Shown: one piece after another, positions 37,001 to 49,245 of the stretch
Layout: every line of letters starts with the position of its first letter
Position numbering within the stretch: position 1 is the stretch's first letter
Origin: Phallusia mammillata
Lineage: Eukaryota
Reading direction: 5' to 3'
Length of the DNA stretch: 64,000 bases
Assembly (NCBI GenBank): GCA_965637545.1
Contig: OZ281497.1
Coordinates: 13,392,001-13,456,000 of the forward strand
The notes under the pieces: generated by a model
Told to the model about the DNA's origin: nothing
The model's input: only the letters and a program-made list of their open reading frames with translations
Database searches by the model: none
Translations under genes and position numbers: made by a program

Positions 37001-37567
37001 TGTAAAGTTTGATCTTAACATCCATAGACACAGGACACAAAGTGTTGAATTTGATACACCAGCTTCATGTTGGCAAAACTTCAAAGGTTTCCCCAAAATA
37101 TTTTAGGGTTTAGAAATGTTTTGTATACATTCCAGCTAGTAATAGAAACTACACAAAAAGACTCAAGCCACTCGTCCCATTATTTTGCTGATTGTAAGGT
37201 CAATCTAAAAACCATTTCTTCATTTCCTTTTGTTACTAATTTTTCTCCAAGTTCCATCATTTGCTGCAGGGAATCCACTTAACAATATCAGATGATTATT
37301 TACAAGAAAGCTTATAATTAATTATTAAAAATGCCTTTTAAAATGCTTATATTTTAGTAATACAATTATAAAACCAAGCACAACCTTAACTTTCAAATAT
37401 TGTAACTCGAGGCAGATTGACTGGTTACTACGCAAGCTGTTGTGAGATTGGTTCAATGAGTCGACTAGGCTGATTGGTTAAAAAGTCACATGACCCGGGA
37501 AAACCCGCCTTTGTGATTGGCTTAAAAAGCCCTGTGGTTCGAATTCGGAAACATTTTGGAAATATGC
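34074..37567 (-). mobile_element. Mutator-like (MULE) DNA transposon with decayed transposase
   Basis: About 55-bp TIRs GCATATTTCCAAAATGTTTCCGAATTCGAACCACAGGGCTTTTT; 9-bp TSD AGACCGGGT. Removing it restores BEL CNACKTG-FGAVCYL. Minus-strand relic HNHLLKAARNL...HETKL...MERIHKM..SEIVFVASTTNL at about 36400-36950. Confidence 0.8.
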
Positions 37568-37576
37568 AGACCGGGT

Positions 37577-38070
37577 TCGGTGCGGTGTGTTATCTTTGCC
37601 TTGTTGATTCAGTCAGGTATATTCACTATTCATTGATGTTTGGAAAATCTGGTGAGGCCCATGTAAGGCCTGTCGCATTGCCGCATCTGGAAGGCGCTGC
37701 GGTAACTGCAGTTAAGATAAGGAGAATGATTGTTCCAGAATTGGACCGTTTCCTTACCACAGACAAGTTCGCCACTGCTGACGACTACCGGGGAACGCTG
37801 CGTACGGTTCGGTGGCTGGCAGATACGTTTTGGAAGAGGTGGTTTCGCGACTACCTGCCAATTTTATGGGTACGACCAACGAAGAGCTTTGGGGCCAGTG
37901 ACCTGGTTTTGGTCGATTACAAGATGAACCCCCCGGGTGCGTGGCCAAAAGGCATTGTCGAGGAAGTATCCCCCGATAGTGAAGGAGCTGTCGGAAGTGT
38001 TCGCTTTCGCACCGCGAGAGCTGTATATACGCGCGATATTCGCAAGCTGTGCTTACTTGAGCCAGCGTAA
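37577..38070 (+). pseudogene. BEL/Pao RNase H remnant fused to the integrase C-terminal (DUF5641-like) domain
   Basis: FGAVCYL...GKS...LPHLE then LADTFWKRWFRDYL...DLVLV...WPKGIVEEV...IRKLCLLE*; no integrase HHCC or DDE core. Confidence 0.85.
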
Positions 38071-39366
38071 CTTTGTTGTGTTTCGTTTCTGTCCTCCTGT
38101 TGTTGTGTGTAAATAACTTCGTTTCCACGTTCGTTATTTAGGGGCCGGTATGTAACGGACAGTAACGCTCCCCTACTACAAATACTTTTCCCGCCGTTGC
38201 AATCATCACACCATACATGTGTAACGTGAACCGGTGTTCACTTAGTTTATTTTATTCACTGTGTTCACTTAGTTTGGCATCTGCTTATTTATTATTTTTA
38301 TTATTGCACTTGCTTTTCACTGTAACTTTATTTACCTATTAATATATTAGTTGTTTTGTTTTATAATGTTTGTTTGTTTTGTTTAGCCATATTTATTTTC
38401 ACGTTATTCCTTTCACTTCTTGTTTTTCCACTTTTGTTTTCTTGTGTTCCATTTTCACCCCTTTTCACTTTAATATCTTTATTTGTACTTTTACACCGGT
38501 AATATTTCGAACGCATCTCCGCTTCAGTGATTTCTCGTGACGCGTTGTGATTGGTCACATTCCTAGAGGCATGTGACGTCGTTTCTCCTCGTGTTTGGTG
38601 AGGCAGTTCTCTCCTGGCCCCGGTGAAGTGTACGCGATTGTTTTTGGTGCTGTTGTGCTGCTGTGCTGCGCTGTGGTATTGTGTAACTTAACGTAACGTG
38701 ATTGAACAGTACTTTTAAACAGTTTTATTCATTATAATATATATTGTTTTGGCCAGTAGCGAAGTCACCGTTGTAACAATTGGTTTTAGCGATAAGCCGT
38801 TAGTGCAGGGTCTTGGACCGTTTTACGAATTAGGGAGGTAGCCTCGAGTGTTAGAATACAAACGGGATAGTTGGGAAGGTTTAGCGTTAAAGATCTCGCA
38901 CCCAAACAACTTTCTCTAAATTTCGAGGTTACCAAAATAATTCCGTAACAGTTGGCGAGCACGCCAGGACCCTGCTATCGCGAGACGGTGACTTCTCTAT
39001 AGAGAGAACTCCCCTTTTTACACTATTTTTACAAGAGCTTTTACAGCATATTGTTGTTTTTATTATTTTAAATGGCTTTCAACTTTTTATTGCCTCCGCC
39101 TCGGTATGAGCCGGGAACGGATTTGCAAGATTTTATTAGGGTGTTTGAATCGTACGCCGACAGCATTAAGGCTACTGAAGAGGTAAAAAGCTCCGCTGGA
39201 TAATACAAGGCAAGGACCGTTCCGTATACAACCTGGATTACTCAGTCATTATCGAGCGAGCTCTAAAGAACAGTACCGGCGGCGCTTACTTGCATAAACT
39301 GCGCCATCGATTGATTACACGTCGGGAGATGCCTCGCGAAACGCCTCGAGAATTTGTGCGTGCAAT

Positions 39367-40980
39367 TCAATTCAATTTATTTTATTTTGTTTACAGCGCC
39401 CGTAAATATTCGTAATAATTTACTGTAAACAGAACAAGAAAAGCGTTGCAAACAAAAAAGGATCAGCTTGAACCACACGTGGTTATAACTTATAGCTGAC
39501 CCTAACTATTTGAAATAAGATGTCGTATCGGCAATTAAAGTAAGTAATTATGAAGCGCTGTGAAAATAAATCAACCACAAGATGAAAAGGAAACGAGCAA
39601 AACAGGGTATTATTGCAATCAGCTGTAGGCAATTATTGCGCTCTGCGGAGAGAAAAGACTCAGCGGGCAGGGTAATCAATGAAGAACATTGGAAGCAATA
39701 AAGGCAGTAATTATAGCAAAACACCCCGTGGTATGTAAACAGTGGACCTCGTGGTACTGCATACCTAACATACCAGATACCACGTGCACGAACTGCGATG
39801 GACTTCATTGTGATTGTTGCTTTAAGTATGTGTCCAGAAAAAAGAGCTTAAGATTTCGCTTAAACGCAGCCAATCCGGCTTTTGCATTGGTAATTTTGCA
39901 AGGTAAATCATTCCACACTTTTGTGCATTTATACCGAAGCGTATGTTGGCCGCGACTGGAAAAAACTCTTGGAATGAAAAACTTTTGTTTGACTGCATGT
40001 CTTGTTGCATGTTTATGAATAGTTGATGCGGAAATAAAGAGTTCATCGAATAATGTAGGTAACTTATTGTGTTTAAAGTGAAATACAAATTTGGCTAGTT
40101 CCATATCGTGCATATCACATATTTTTAAAATATTTGTTTTTAGGTATAAATTATTTGTAGAGCAGTGCCAAGGGCTGTTAGTAATAATTTTTAAAATCCT
40201 ATTTTGCAGGACTTGTATTTGTTGCATGTGTGTTTTGGTGGCAAAGCCCCAAGATAACAACCCATAAAGGAGGTGTGGGTGTACTAATGAATAGTACAGG
40301 TTTTTAAGGGTTTTCATGTGCACATAATGTTTCAACTTTGAAAAAACTCCGGAGACTGCTGAAATTTTATTTCTAATGTAGCATATGTGTGGAACCCATG
40401 ACATTTTTTCGTCTAAGATCACTCCTAGATATTTGACTGAATCGGTTTTCTGTAGTTCCACCCCATCTACAGAGATTTTGCATTGGGATTGAAAAGAACT
40501 ATTTTGGTTGGAAAACATCATGTACTTGGTTTTCCTATAGTTGATTGATAGCTGATTGGCTCTCATCCATTCATCAACCTTACCAAACTGTTTATTTGCT
40601 GATGTCTGCAACATTTGGATATTTTTAGACGACATTGTAAGGCAGGTGTCATCTGCGAATAGTCTAGTTTCAAAATCGGATGCAAGGGGAAGATCATTGA
40701 TGTAGAGTAAGAAAAGCAGAGGGCCGAGAGCTGACCCCTGCGGGATTCCACATATCACATCACAATATTGTGATTGTTGTCCATGACAAAAAGTACATTG
40801 TTTTCGATTTGTTAAATAACTTTTAAAAAATTTGTGTACAAGTCCTCGAAATCCATAGTGTTCAAGTTTTTGAAGAAGTATATTGTGGTTCACAGTATCA
40901 AAAGCTTTTGCTAAATCGAGAAAAATAGTACATGTGTGGAGACTCTTGTCCAATGCTGAAATTATTCTGTTGTGAATTTC
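39367..40980 (-). mobile_element. 5'-truncated CR1/L2-clade LINE (RT C-terminal half plus 3' UTR) in Gypsy gag
   Basis: FLDLAKAFDTVNH, GIPQGSALGPLLFLLYINDL, FADDT; (AATTG)n-like tail; TSD TGCAAT at 39361-39366 and 40981-40986. Confidence 0.92.
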
Positions 40981-41116
40981 TGCAATCAAGGAGCTGGGAG
41001 ATAAAGCGTACCCGGAGGAAAAGGAAGAAGACATCAAGAGAGAAGTAATGTACACTGTGTTGTTGTCTGGACTATTAGATCAAAACCTTGCCGCTAATAT
41101 TTCGAATAGATTAAAC

Positions 41117-41892
41117 CAGGGGTGTCCAACCCGTGGCCCGCGGGCCACATGTGGCCCGCAGGAAGGTTCTGAGTGGCCCGCGTGGTATTTTTTGAAATGA
41201 CTCATATTGGCAACTTAATCGCCTACGTAATTTATGGCGAACTTTTATTCCGAAAAAATGGCATTTATCGTTTGCTTTATTTGTTTGTTAATAGAGTAGC
41301 AATACACAACCGTTCAAGTTACTTCTATTACGTCACAATGCGCATTTTTACGCATCACAATTTCTATATTGTTACGTCACAATCTGACTCGTGCTTTTGG
41401 AGTCAATCAGTAATGTTTCTTGGTTCATTGAGATACATCTGGTATCAGAGACTCGCGCAAAACGCATTTTGCAGTAAAAACCTCATCCGCACTCTGCAGT
41501 GATATAGATTATGCCAAACAGGAAACAAAAGCAAGTAACGCTAACAGAACTTTCCAAGAAAGGTTGACATGTGACTTTAAATCCCCTGTAAGATCAGTAA
41601 TTTTTGACAGCCAGATGGAAAACTCGCTTCGCATTGCTCCATCGTCCATCTCACCGAATATTGCTAAACTTGTTGGAGAAAAACAGTGCCAAACTTCACA
41701 TTGAAATGTCGACGTGTGGTAAACACTTTGTTGACTTTACTATATATCTTGGTGTGTTTATTGTTCTTATAACTGTAAACGAGGATAATACACATTTCTA
41801 AGATTACAAATTAGCAGTAAACAGTCAAGTGGCCCGCGCAAACATTCGTAAACCGCATGTGGCCCTTTGGCCAAAAAGGTTGGACACCCCTG
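41117..41892. mobile_element. hAT MITE in Gypsy gag
   Basis: TIRs CAGGGGTGTCCAACC / GGTTGGACACCCCTG; TSD GATTAAAC. Confidence 0.92.
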
Positions 41893-43155
41893 GATTAAAC
41901 CATAAGCGTGACTTTTGGGCCGCTGCCGAGTTGGTTTTAAACGAGCAATCCACGGCCATTGTCGCAACAGTCACTACGTCCGTATAGATGACAAACGCGA
42001 TTTTGACAATACTGTAATTACTACCCTGAATGAGCTGAAGCAGGGTTTCCGATGTGCGCCCTTCCCGACCCTTAAATCAGCGAAGGTGTTTCAACTGTGG
42101 AGAGTCCGGTCATCTCCAACACCAGTGTCACCGTGGTAAAAAAAAACGACGCGCTGTTCACGCGTTCCTATGCAATCCGTTAAAAAACAAAACCTTAATC
42201 ATTCTTCTGTGACCAGAGCAACCTCTAGAGTGGCCCCCACAAAGGCGATGATGACTACCAAACGACTCCACGACCCTCCGACCGTCTGCCAGAAGCAAGG
42301 TTTACCGCGGTTTATTGAGATTGTTACCGAAAACGTGCCGGTATGTGCTTTAGTAGACACAGGAGCAACTGTATCGTTGTTATCCGAACACCTGTGGCGA
42401 AAACTTTCAAACGCTGGTAATATGAACCTAGAGTCGTGTCCAACTAATTTTGGCCTGGTCGCTGCAAACGGCACGCAGTTGAATTCTCTTGGGATAGCTA
42501 AAGTAAACATTAAAGTTGGTGGACTAACTGTGAGCCACCGATTCTATGTATGCAACCACTCCGCGCATGAGTGCATCATAGGCCTAGACTTCTTGGAAAA
42601 GTATAACTGCTCTCTTTGCTGTAAGACCGCACTGATGACCGCCGGGAAAGCAAGAGTGCCGTTGCTGAACCAGTCCTTTATTCCTGAAGGAAAGGAAGTC
42701 TTTCTAGCTGAACTGACCCGAGTCCCTGCATCAACGGAGGTGCAAGTGATGGGAGAGTTTCCCCCCGACCGCAACGGTGAGTCTTTGTCTTCATTTACTG
42801 CCGTGGTTGAACGGAACCCAGAGTTTACTGCACGATTTGGAGTTCTTACTGCCACCGCTGTAACCACTACTGCCGGACTAACTGTACCTATACGACTTGC
42901 CAATTTAAGTGACGACGACGTCGAATTGCCTGCTGGGCGTAAAGTCGCATGCCTGTACCGGGTGGCAGCTTTTGGCCCCGTACAATGTTACAACCCCGCA
43001 TCTCGTGTATTATTAGGTGCCAATGTTGCTAAATGTAGTTGTATCGACTGTTTGCAGACTTCCGAACCTGAGCAAGTTTCCAGCGTCACACACAAAGCAG
43101 GGGACGGCCAGACTGATGAACATTGGCGAAATATAGTCTCCGGGGTAAATATGAG

Positions 43156-44007
43156 TGTAGCGCTACTATTTCTGCGCCTAAGGTTCAGGACGCTGCCCTA
43201 ACGGCTAGCCGGCAAAACCAATAACTAGACCGCGCGCTACTCTTACTTCTCTTGCAAAACAGTAACAAAATATGCAATATATCCTTTGTTCTTATTATAA
43301 AAACGGAGTAAAATAAGCACGGTTCTCGACAACACAATCGGGCTAACGTAGCACTTTAAAAACACTATAAGAAAACAGACAAATTAGTAAAAGATCTCAC
43401 AATCCAAGAAGCACGTTCTGCCAAGGCCGAACAACCAAGTCTGCCCCATCACATTTTCACAGCCCTCACGTTAGGGAGCCAGCCACGAGGAGAAAACAGC
43501 AGTTATTCTTGAGGCAAATTAAGCAAAGTCCCGAGGATGTTCCTTGAGGCAAATTAAGCAAAGTCCCGAGGATGTTCGTAATTAGGGACACGCGCAGGAA
43601 TGCCAAGGCAACACGGTGGGTTGCATTCGAAACGAATAAGAAATAAAACAAAACGAAAGTCTGCTATGAGAAACAAATATACGCAAGGTAGGTTGAGAAA
43701 CCTACGTAAAACAACACCAATGGTGAAACACAAACAGAAAAGACGGATAACATATAGTGACAGTGCAACAACCAAACGTAGTGCCGGGACAGAAAACGAA
43801 TAAACAAAGATAATAATGTTCGCAACATATGGAAATGAATCGCGTATGAACGTATGTCGACGAACCAACAGACCAAAGCAATAACAAAACTGTGCAATAA
43901 ACCAATAAATCATATTACGAGAAAAGGAAAACATATAGTGACAAAACAACAAACTAAACAAGTGGCAAAACAGTGCAATAAAGAAAGTTGTAATTTTATT
44001 CGCAACA
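43156..44007. mobile_element. Solo LTR (852 bp) of a third LTR family, inside Gypsy pol
   Basis: TGTAGC...GCAACA termini; 4-bp TSD TGAG; removing it restores the pol frame. Confidence 0.85.
43508..43577. repeat. 35-bp direct repeat x2 within the solo LTR
   Basis: CTTGAGGCAAATTAAGCAAAGTCCCGAGGATGTTC x2, with no spacer. Confidence 0.9.
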
Positions 44008-47000
44008 TGAGTGATGAATTGACTGCAGACCAAAGGCGCAAAGTTCTTGAAGTTCTGTCAGCGCATACGCGCGCCTTTTCTACATCCGCAACTGACCTTG
44101 GTAAAACTAGTATTACGCAGCATTTTATTGACACAGGAGACGCTCGACCAGTGCGCCAAGCTCCTAGGAGGATGCCGCAACGTCACAAGCACAAAGTTGA
44201 AGAGATCATCGACGAAATGCGCAAACAAGGTTTAGTCCGTCCGTCAACGTCTCCCTGGTCGAGTTCAATTGTTCTTGTGAAGAAAAAGTCAGGTGACTTA
44301 AGATTTTGTATCGATTATCGTGACCTTAACGCCGTCACCAAAAAGAACAGTTATCCCATCCCGCGTATAGACGACAGTTTGGACGAGATGGCCGGTTCCG
44401 TTTATTTATCCACGCTCGACCTTAAATCGGGTTATTGGCAAATTCCTATGGACCCAAAATCTCGCGAAAAGACAGCATTCGCTAGCCACATGGGTCTAAT
44501 CGAGTTTAATGTAATGCCGATGGGGTTATGCAATGCAGCTGCCAGCTTTCAAAGGTTAATGCGCATCGTCCTTAATGGGGTTGAATGGAGCGGAGTTCTT
44601 GCGTATCTGGACGACGTAATAATATATGCGCGCACATTTGACGAACATCTAGCCCGTCTAGATTTGGTTTTAAGACGATTGGAGTCCGCAGGGTTAACTT
44701 TGAAGCCATCAAAATGTTGCCTTTTCAAGAGCGAGGTTAATTTTCTCGGACATGTTGTTTCCAAGGCAGGTATCCTGTGCGACCCCGAAAAAGTTCGCGC
44801 TGTTGCAAATTGGCCAATTCCCACCACGGTTAAGCACGTTCGACAATTCGTGGGATTGATATCCTACCCCTGCAAATTTGTCGAAAAATATGCGCAGATC
44901 GCATCTCCGTTACATCGGCTTACTGAAAAGGGAAAGAACTTTGAGTGGGACGAGAGTTGCCAACGTGCTTTCTCCACGCTTAAACATAAAATGATCAACG
45001 CCCCAATCCTACAGTACCCCGACTTTAGGCGACCCTTTATATTAGACACTGATGCTTCCGACTATGCAATAGGTTGCGTTCTAAGCCAAGAGATCGACGG
45101 CAAGGAGCATGTGATCGCGTATGGTAGTAGGAGCCTGATTAAAGCAGAGGGACATTACTCGACCACTCGCAAGGAATTGTTGGCTGTGATCTTTGCTACG
45201 AAACTATACCGCTGTTATTTACTGGGTAACAGTTTTGTGCTGCGCACAGATCACGCTTCTTTGCGATGGCTATGGAAATCAAGAGAGCTCTACGGCCAAT
45301 GCGCGCGTTGGGTCGAGCACCTAGCCGAATACAACTTCGAATTGGTTCATAGGCCGGGAGTAAAACATGGGAACGCAGACGCTCTATGCAGACTTGAATC
45401 CGAAAGTGACCCGGACTTTCCGTATCCCGTGCGGCAGGCGGAAGGTGTATCAGAAGTGTGTAATGTGAATTTTCGCGTCGTTCTCGGCTGTAGTCTTGAA
45501 GAAATCAGAGAAGCTCAGGGGGCTGATGTCGACCTGAGAGTAGTTTCTGGTTGGCTGGATCGGGGTATCAGACCCAAGTTTAAAACCGTGAAACGGATGT
45601 CTCCAACGATTCGGCATTATTGGTCGCGTTTCGGCAGTGTGTTTCGTCGGAACGGCATATTGTACCTCCGAGATGAGGACTCGGTTACACTCGATGGTAA
45701 AACAGAACGTATGTTGGTTCCCTTCGCTATGCGTCCCACTGTTTTAGCCGCGTTGCATGCTCAATCTCATGGAGGTGGCCATCTTGGCATAGCGAAAACA
45801 CTCAGTAAGGTGTCGGAAAGATTTTATTGGGCAAGATGGCGTGACGATGTCGAGCAGTTTTGTCGCCATTGTGCCGAATGTGCATTAAATAAGAAGTCAA
45901 ATACAAAACTGCGCGCACCTTTAGTCCCTTCTCGAGAGACTCGGCCTTTAGAACGGATTGAGATAGACGTGATGGGTCCTTTTCCTTTGACGAGAACCGG
46001 TTACCAGTATGTCCTCGTAGCGTGCGATTTGTTTACAAAGTACGTCCGGGCTTGGCCAATGCGTCACCAAACAGCGACAGAAACAGCCAATTTGCTGTTT
46101 CATCGCTGGTTTACCGTCCACGGGGTCCCCGAGGTAGTCCATTCTGATCAGGGCGGTAATTTCGAAAGCGCCCTGTTTCAGGAACTAATCCGCCTGATGG
46201 GTTGCAAGAAAACCCGAACTACCCCGTACCGGCCTTCGGCAAATGGCGGAGTAGAAAGGAATAACAGAACAATTTTAAACATGCTCCGCAATTATGTTCA
46301 ACAGGATGGAAAGCACTGGGATGAGGCCTTGTCAGCGGTGGTAGCATCATACAATTCCAGTCGGCATGAAAGCACTGGCTTCGCTCCACACTACTTGCTT
46401 ACAGGATCTCCTTTGCGTCTGCCCGCTGACCTGATACATGCGCCCTCGCCGCACGACCAGCAGTCGCCATTGGTCCATCTGGAAGGACTCCGAGATCGGC
46501 TGGCACTTGCCAGGGAAGTGGCAAGCGAGACCCTCCAGTGTCAGCGCAAGCAAATAGAGAAGCAATATAACAGTAAGCAAAGCGGTGACCCCCTTAATGT
46601 TAACGACTCAGTCTTGTTGGAAAACCCGGTTGTAGCGCAGGACGAATGTAGAAAGTTTCACCTGCCCTATAAAGGTCCTTTTCAGATAGTCGAGAAGCAA
46701 GGACCTGTCAACTACAAAATTGTTGATCAAACCGGCAAAACCCAAGTAGTGCACTTCAATCGCTTGAAGAAAACATCGGCCAATTTTGATGAGCACAACG
46801 ACGGAGATGAAATTGTTGCGAAGCGCCATGAAGAAGATGTAGCTTTACGTGAGCAGGCACGTGGGTCCGAAAAGCCGTTACCAACTGCTGTTGTCCAGGT
46901 GATGGTCCCGAGCACCGAACCCGATTCAGGAAAACGCGGCTCCAAACGACCCCTACACGACAACGGGTCTGGTTTGTCCGCGGACGTGCAGATTATGAGC

Positions 47001-48776
47001 GACGTGATGGAAACTAGACCCAAGAGAATGCGTAAACAGACGCAATTCTACCAGAGTTAAAGAAAGCGTCCTCCGGGAGTAGGACTAATGCAGGCGGGGG
47101 AGTGTAACGTGAACCGGTGTTCACTTAGTTTATTTTATTCACTGTGTTCACTTAGTTTGGCATCTGCTTATTTATTATTTTTATTATTGCACTTGCTTTT
47201 CACTGTAACTTTATTTACCTATTAATATATTAGTCGTTTTGTTTCATAATGTTTGTTTGTTTTGTTTAGCCATATTTATTTTCACGTTATTCCTTTCACT
47301 TCTTGTTTTTCCACTTTTGTTTTCTTGTGTTCCATTTTCACCCCTTTTCACTTTAATATCTTTATTTGTACTTTTACACCGGTAACATTTCGAACGCATC
47401 TCCGCTTCAGTGATTTCTCGTGACGCGTTGTGATTGGTCACATTCCTAGAGGCATGTGACGTCGTTTCTCCTCGTGTTTGGTGAGGCAGTTCTCTCCTGG
47501 CCCCGGTGAAGTGTACGCGATTGTTTTTGGTGCTGTTGTGCTGCTGTGCTGCGCTGTGGTATTGTGTAACTTAACGTAACGTGATTGAACAGTACTTTTC
47601 AACAGTTTTATTCATTATAATATATATTGTTTTGGCCAGTAGCGAAGTCACCGTTGTAACAATTGGTTTTAGCGATAAGCCGTTAGTGCAGGGTCTTGGA
47701 CCGTTTTACGAATTAGGGAGGTAGCCTCGAGTGTTAGAATACAATCGGGATAGTTGGGAAGCGTTAAAGATCTCGCACCCAAACAACTTTCTCTAAATTT
47801 CGAGGTTACCAAAATAATTCCGTAACACATGCATTGCTACGTCATAACTGCTGACCTTGTGTGTGTCCTACTTTTACAGTTTTTTGTGTGTCTGCACGTG
47901 CAGTCCAGTTAGTGTTACAGTGGTGTATGAGTTAGTTGTGAGCGTATTAAGTTGTGTTATGCTGCATACTTTTATGTGCTGCAAGTAAGATTGTTTGGAC
48001 CATTTGTAGCTATTACGTTCTTTATTCTATTTGAATAAGGTGGTCGAAAATCGTTTTAAATCACTCTTCATTTCAATGAAGTGCATGTGAAACTGACCAC
48101 TCTTATTCTGCCAGTCGAGAGACTGAAAGGTAGAATTAGCAGCTATGCTTGAATTCTACAATTATTGTGCACTATAGTAACACTATAGTGCTACCATCAA
48201 GATTTGGAGTATTATCAAAAACCATATTTTATCATTAGAAACTTTTATTTGTTATCTAATAAATCCGTAGAAACATAAAACAAGTTTCTTAAACTTTTTG
48301 CAGTAAGGGTTAAAAGAAGATCTATCTGTTTCACTTGACAGCAGTGCAAGTAGCGAATGTATCCATAATGCCATTTGAGGGTCAAACCCTTATTTTCAGT
48401 AATAGATTAATACATCGTCAACAGCAGTGCTTAATCTAATGAACACTGCCTTTTTAACTATTAAGCAGCAAGTACAATGAAAGATTAAACCCCTGATTGA
48501 AACAGAATTGCACTCTGTTTCAGAGAAAGAAATATATATGTCGCTTAAATTGGATCAGGTAATGGAAACGCCGTTTAACGGAGTTCTCTTAATTGTTACG
48601 CTATTATGCGAAGATGACAACGGTTCAAGTATCGATGAACGGGAAACAATGTTTGAAAATTGCGATTTCGCTGCCATGGGTAGGCAACAAACTGTAATTA
48701 TTTTACTTCATTATTCAACAGGGGGTAGAATAATATAAATCTAAATTTCTAATCATCTGAAATTTATGAAGTTAGA

Positions 48777-49245
48777 ATGGAAGGCCGATCGCTATATGTA
48801 AGTTGTATTTTATACATTTAGCTTGTAGCGTATTAACTGATTCAGATAAATAAACATTGTGTCCTTCGTTTTATTTGCAAGTTTACAAGTCCAAGTGCAC
48901 AATGATTTGGAATTGAACTTTGTTACATCGTCACATATAATAAGTGATTTTATATGTTTTAGGTCTGTGTCTACAGTGACTGGAATTATTGCTGGGTCTG
49001 GACGAGAATTACAAGGCGGTAATCGTAACAATTGCTGTTGCTGTTTCTTTCGCATACCAGAAGTTCTCCTTCTGATATTTAGTTTCGTAGGCGGTATTCC
49101 TGATACAGTTCTTGCAATGATAATACCTTGTCACAAATGCAGTAAAGCATCGTATCAGAAAGCATTTTTAATAGATTTCTCTGTTCGCTATGATCGGTTG
49201 CAACGCTTCCGCGTAGAAAGCGTGCAAGACACCACAACAATTTAA
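48777..49245 (+). pseudogene. Second DUF1294-like copy with internal deletion and altered 3' end
   Basis: Paralog of 14906-15401; it lacks roughly 130 bp covering the first TM helix and keeps NNCCCCFFRIPE...CHKCSKASYQ. Confidence 0.7.

Larger units (their letters stand above)
39072..41990 (+). pseudogene. Gypsy gag, broken by deletion/stop, LINE and MITE insertions
   Basis: MAFNFLLPPPRYEPGTDLQDFIRVFESY...RETPREFVR|AIKELGDKAYPEE...LLSGLLDQNLAANISNRLN|HKRDFWAAAELVL once the inserts are removed. Confidence 0.75.
42170..47060 (+). pseudogene. Gypsy pol (PR-RT-RH-IN), a single frame interrupted only by a solo LTR at 43156-44007
   Basis: ALVDTGA protease; RFCIDYRDLN and YLDD (RT); DASD and TDH (RNase H); HGGGH..CAEC, IDVMGP, SDQG, VERNN (integrase); YKGPF. 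Joining across the insert gives VSGVNMS-DELTADQRRKV in frame. Confidence 0.93.
38220..47827 (+). mobile_element. Ty3/Gypsy LTR retrotransposon inserted in the BEL 3' LTR
   Basis: LTRs 38220-38950 and 47103-47827 (TG..CA; 5 substitutions and one 6-bp indel); 4-bp TSD CATG; PBS TGGCGAGCACGCCAGGA; PPT GGCGGGGGAG. Confidence 0.95.
30269..48160 (+). mobile_element. BEL/Pao LTR retrotransposon, internally deleted, host of the nested insertions
   Basis: 5' LTR remnant 30269-30551 matches 47879-48160 (3 substitutions seen). PPT TAGGGGCCGGTA precedes the 3' LTR start TGTAAC at 38151. The 3' LTR (38151-38219 + 47832-48160) is split by the Gypsy. Confidence 0.9.

Noticed and set aside
40981-41055. N-terminal ~25 aa of the 416-aa LINE ORF
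   Set aside because: This lies beyond the TSD; it is the antisense of Gypsy gag (AIKELGDKAYP).
43508-43577. 35-bp direct repeat as a CRISPR-like array
   Set aside because: Only two adjacent copies with no spacer, inside an LTR of a eukaryotic genome.
43854-44007. N-terminal ~50 aa of the 1068-aa ORF
   Set aside because: It derives from the solo LTR; true pol continues from 42170-43155.
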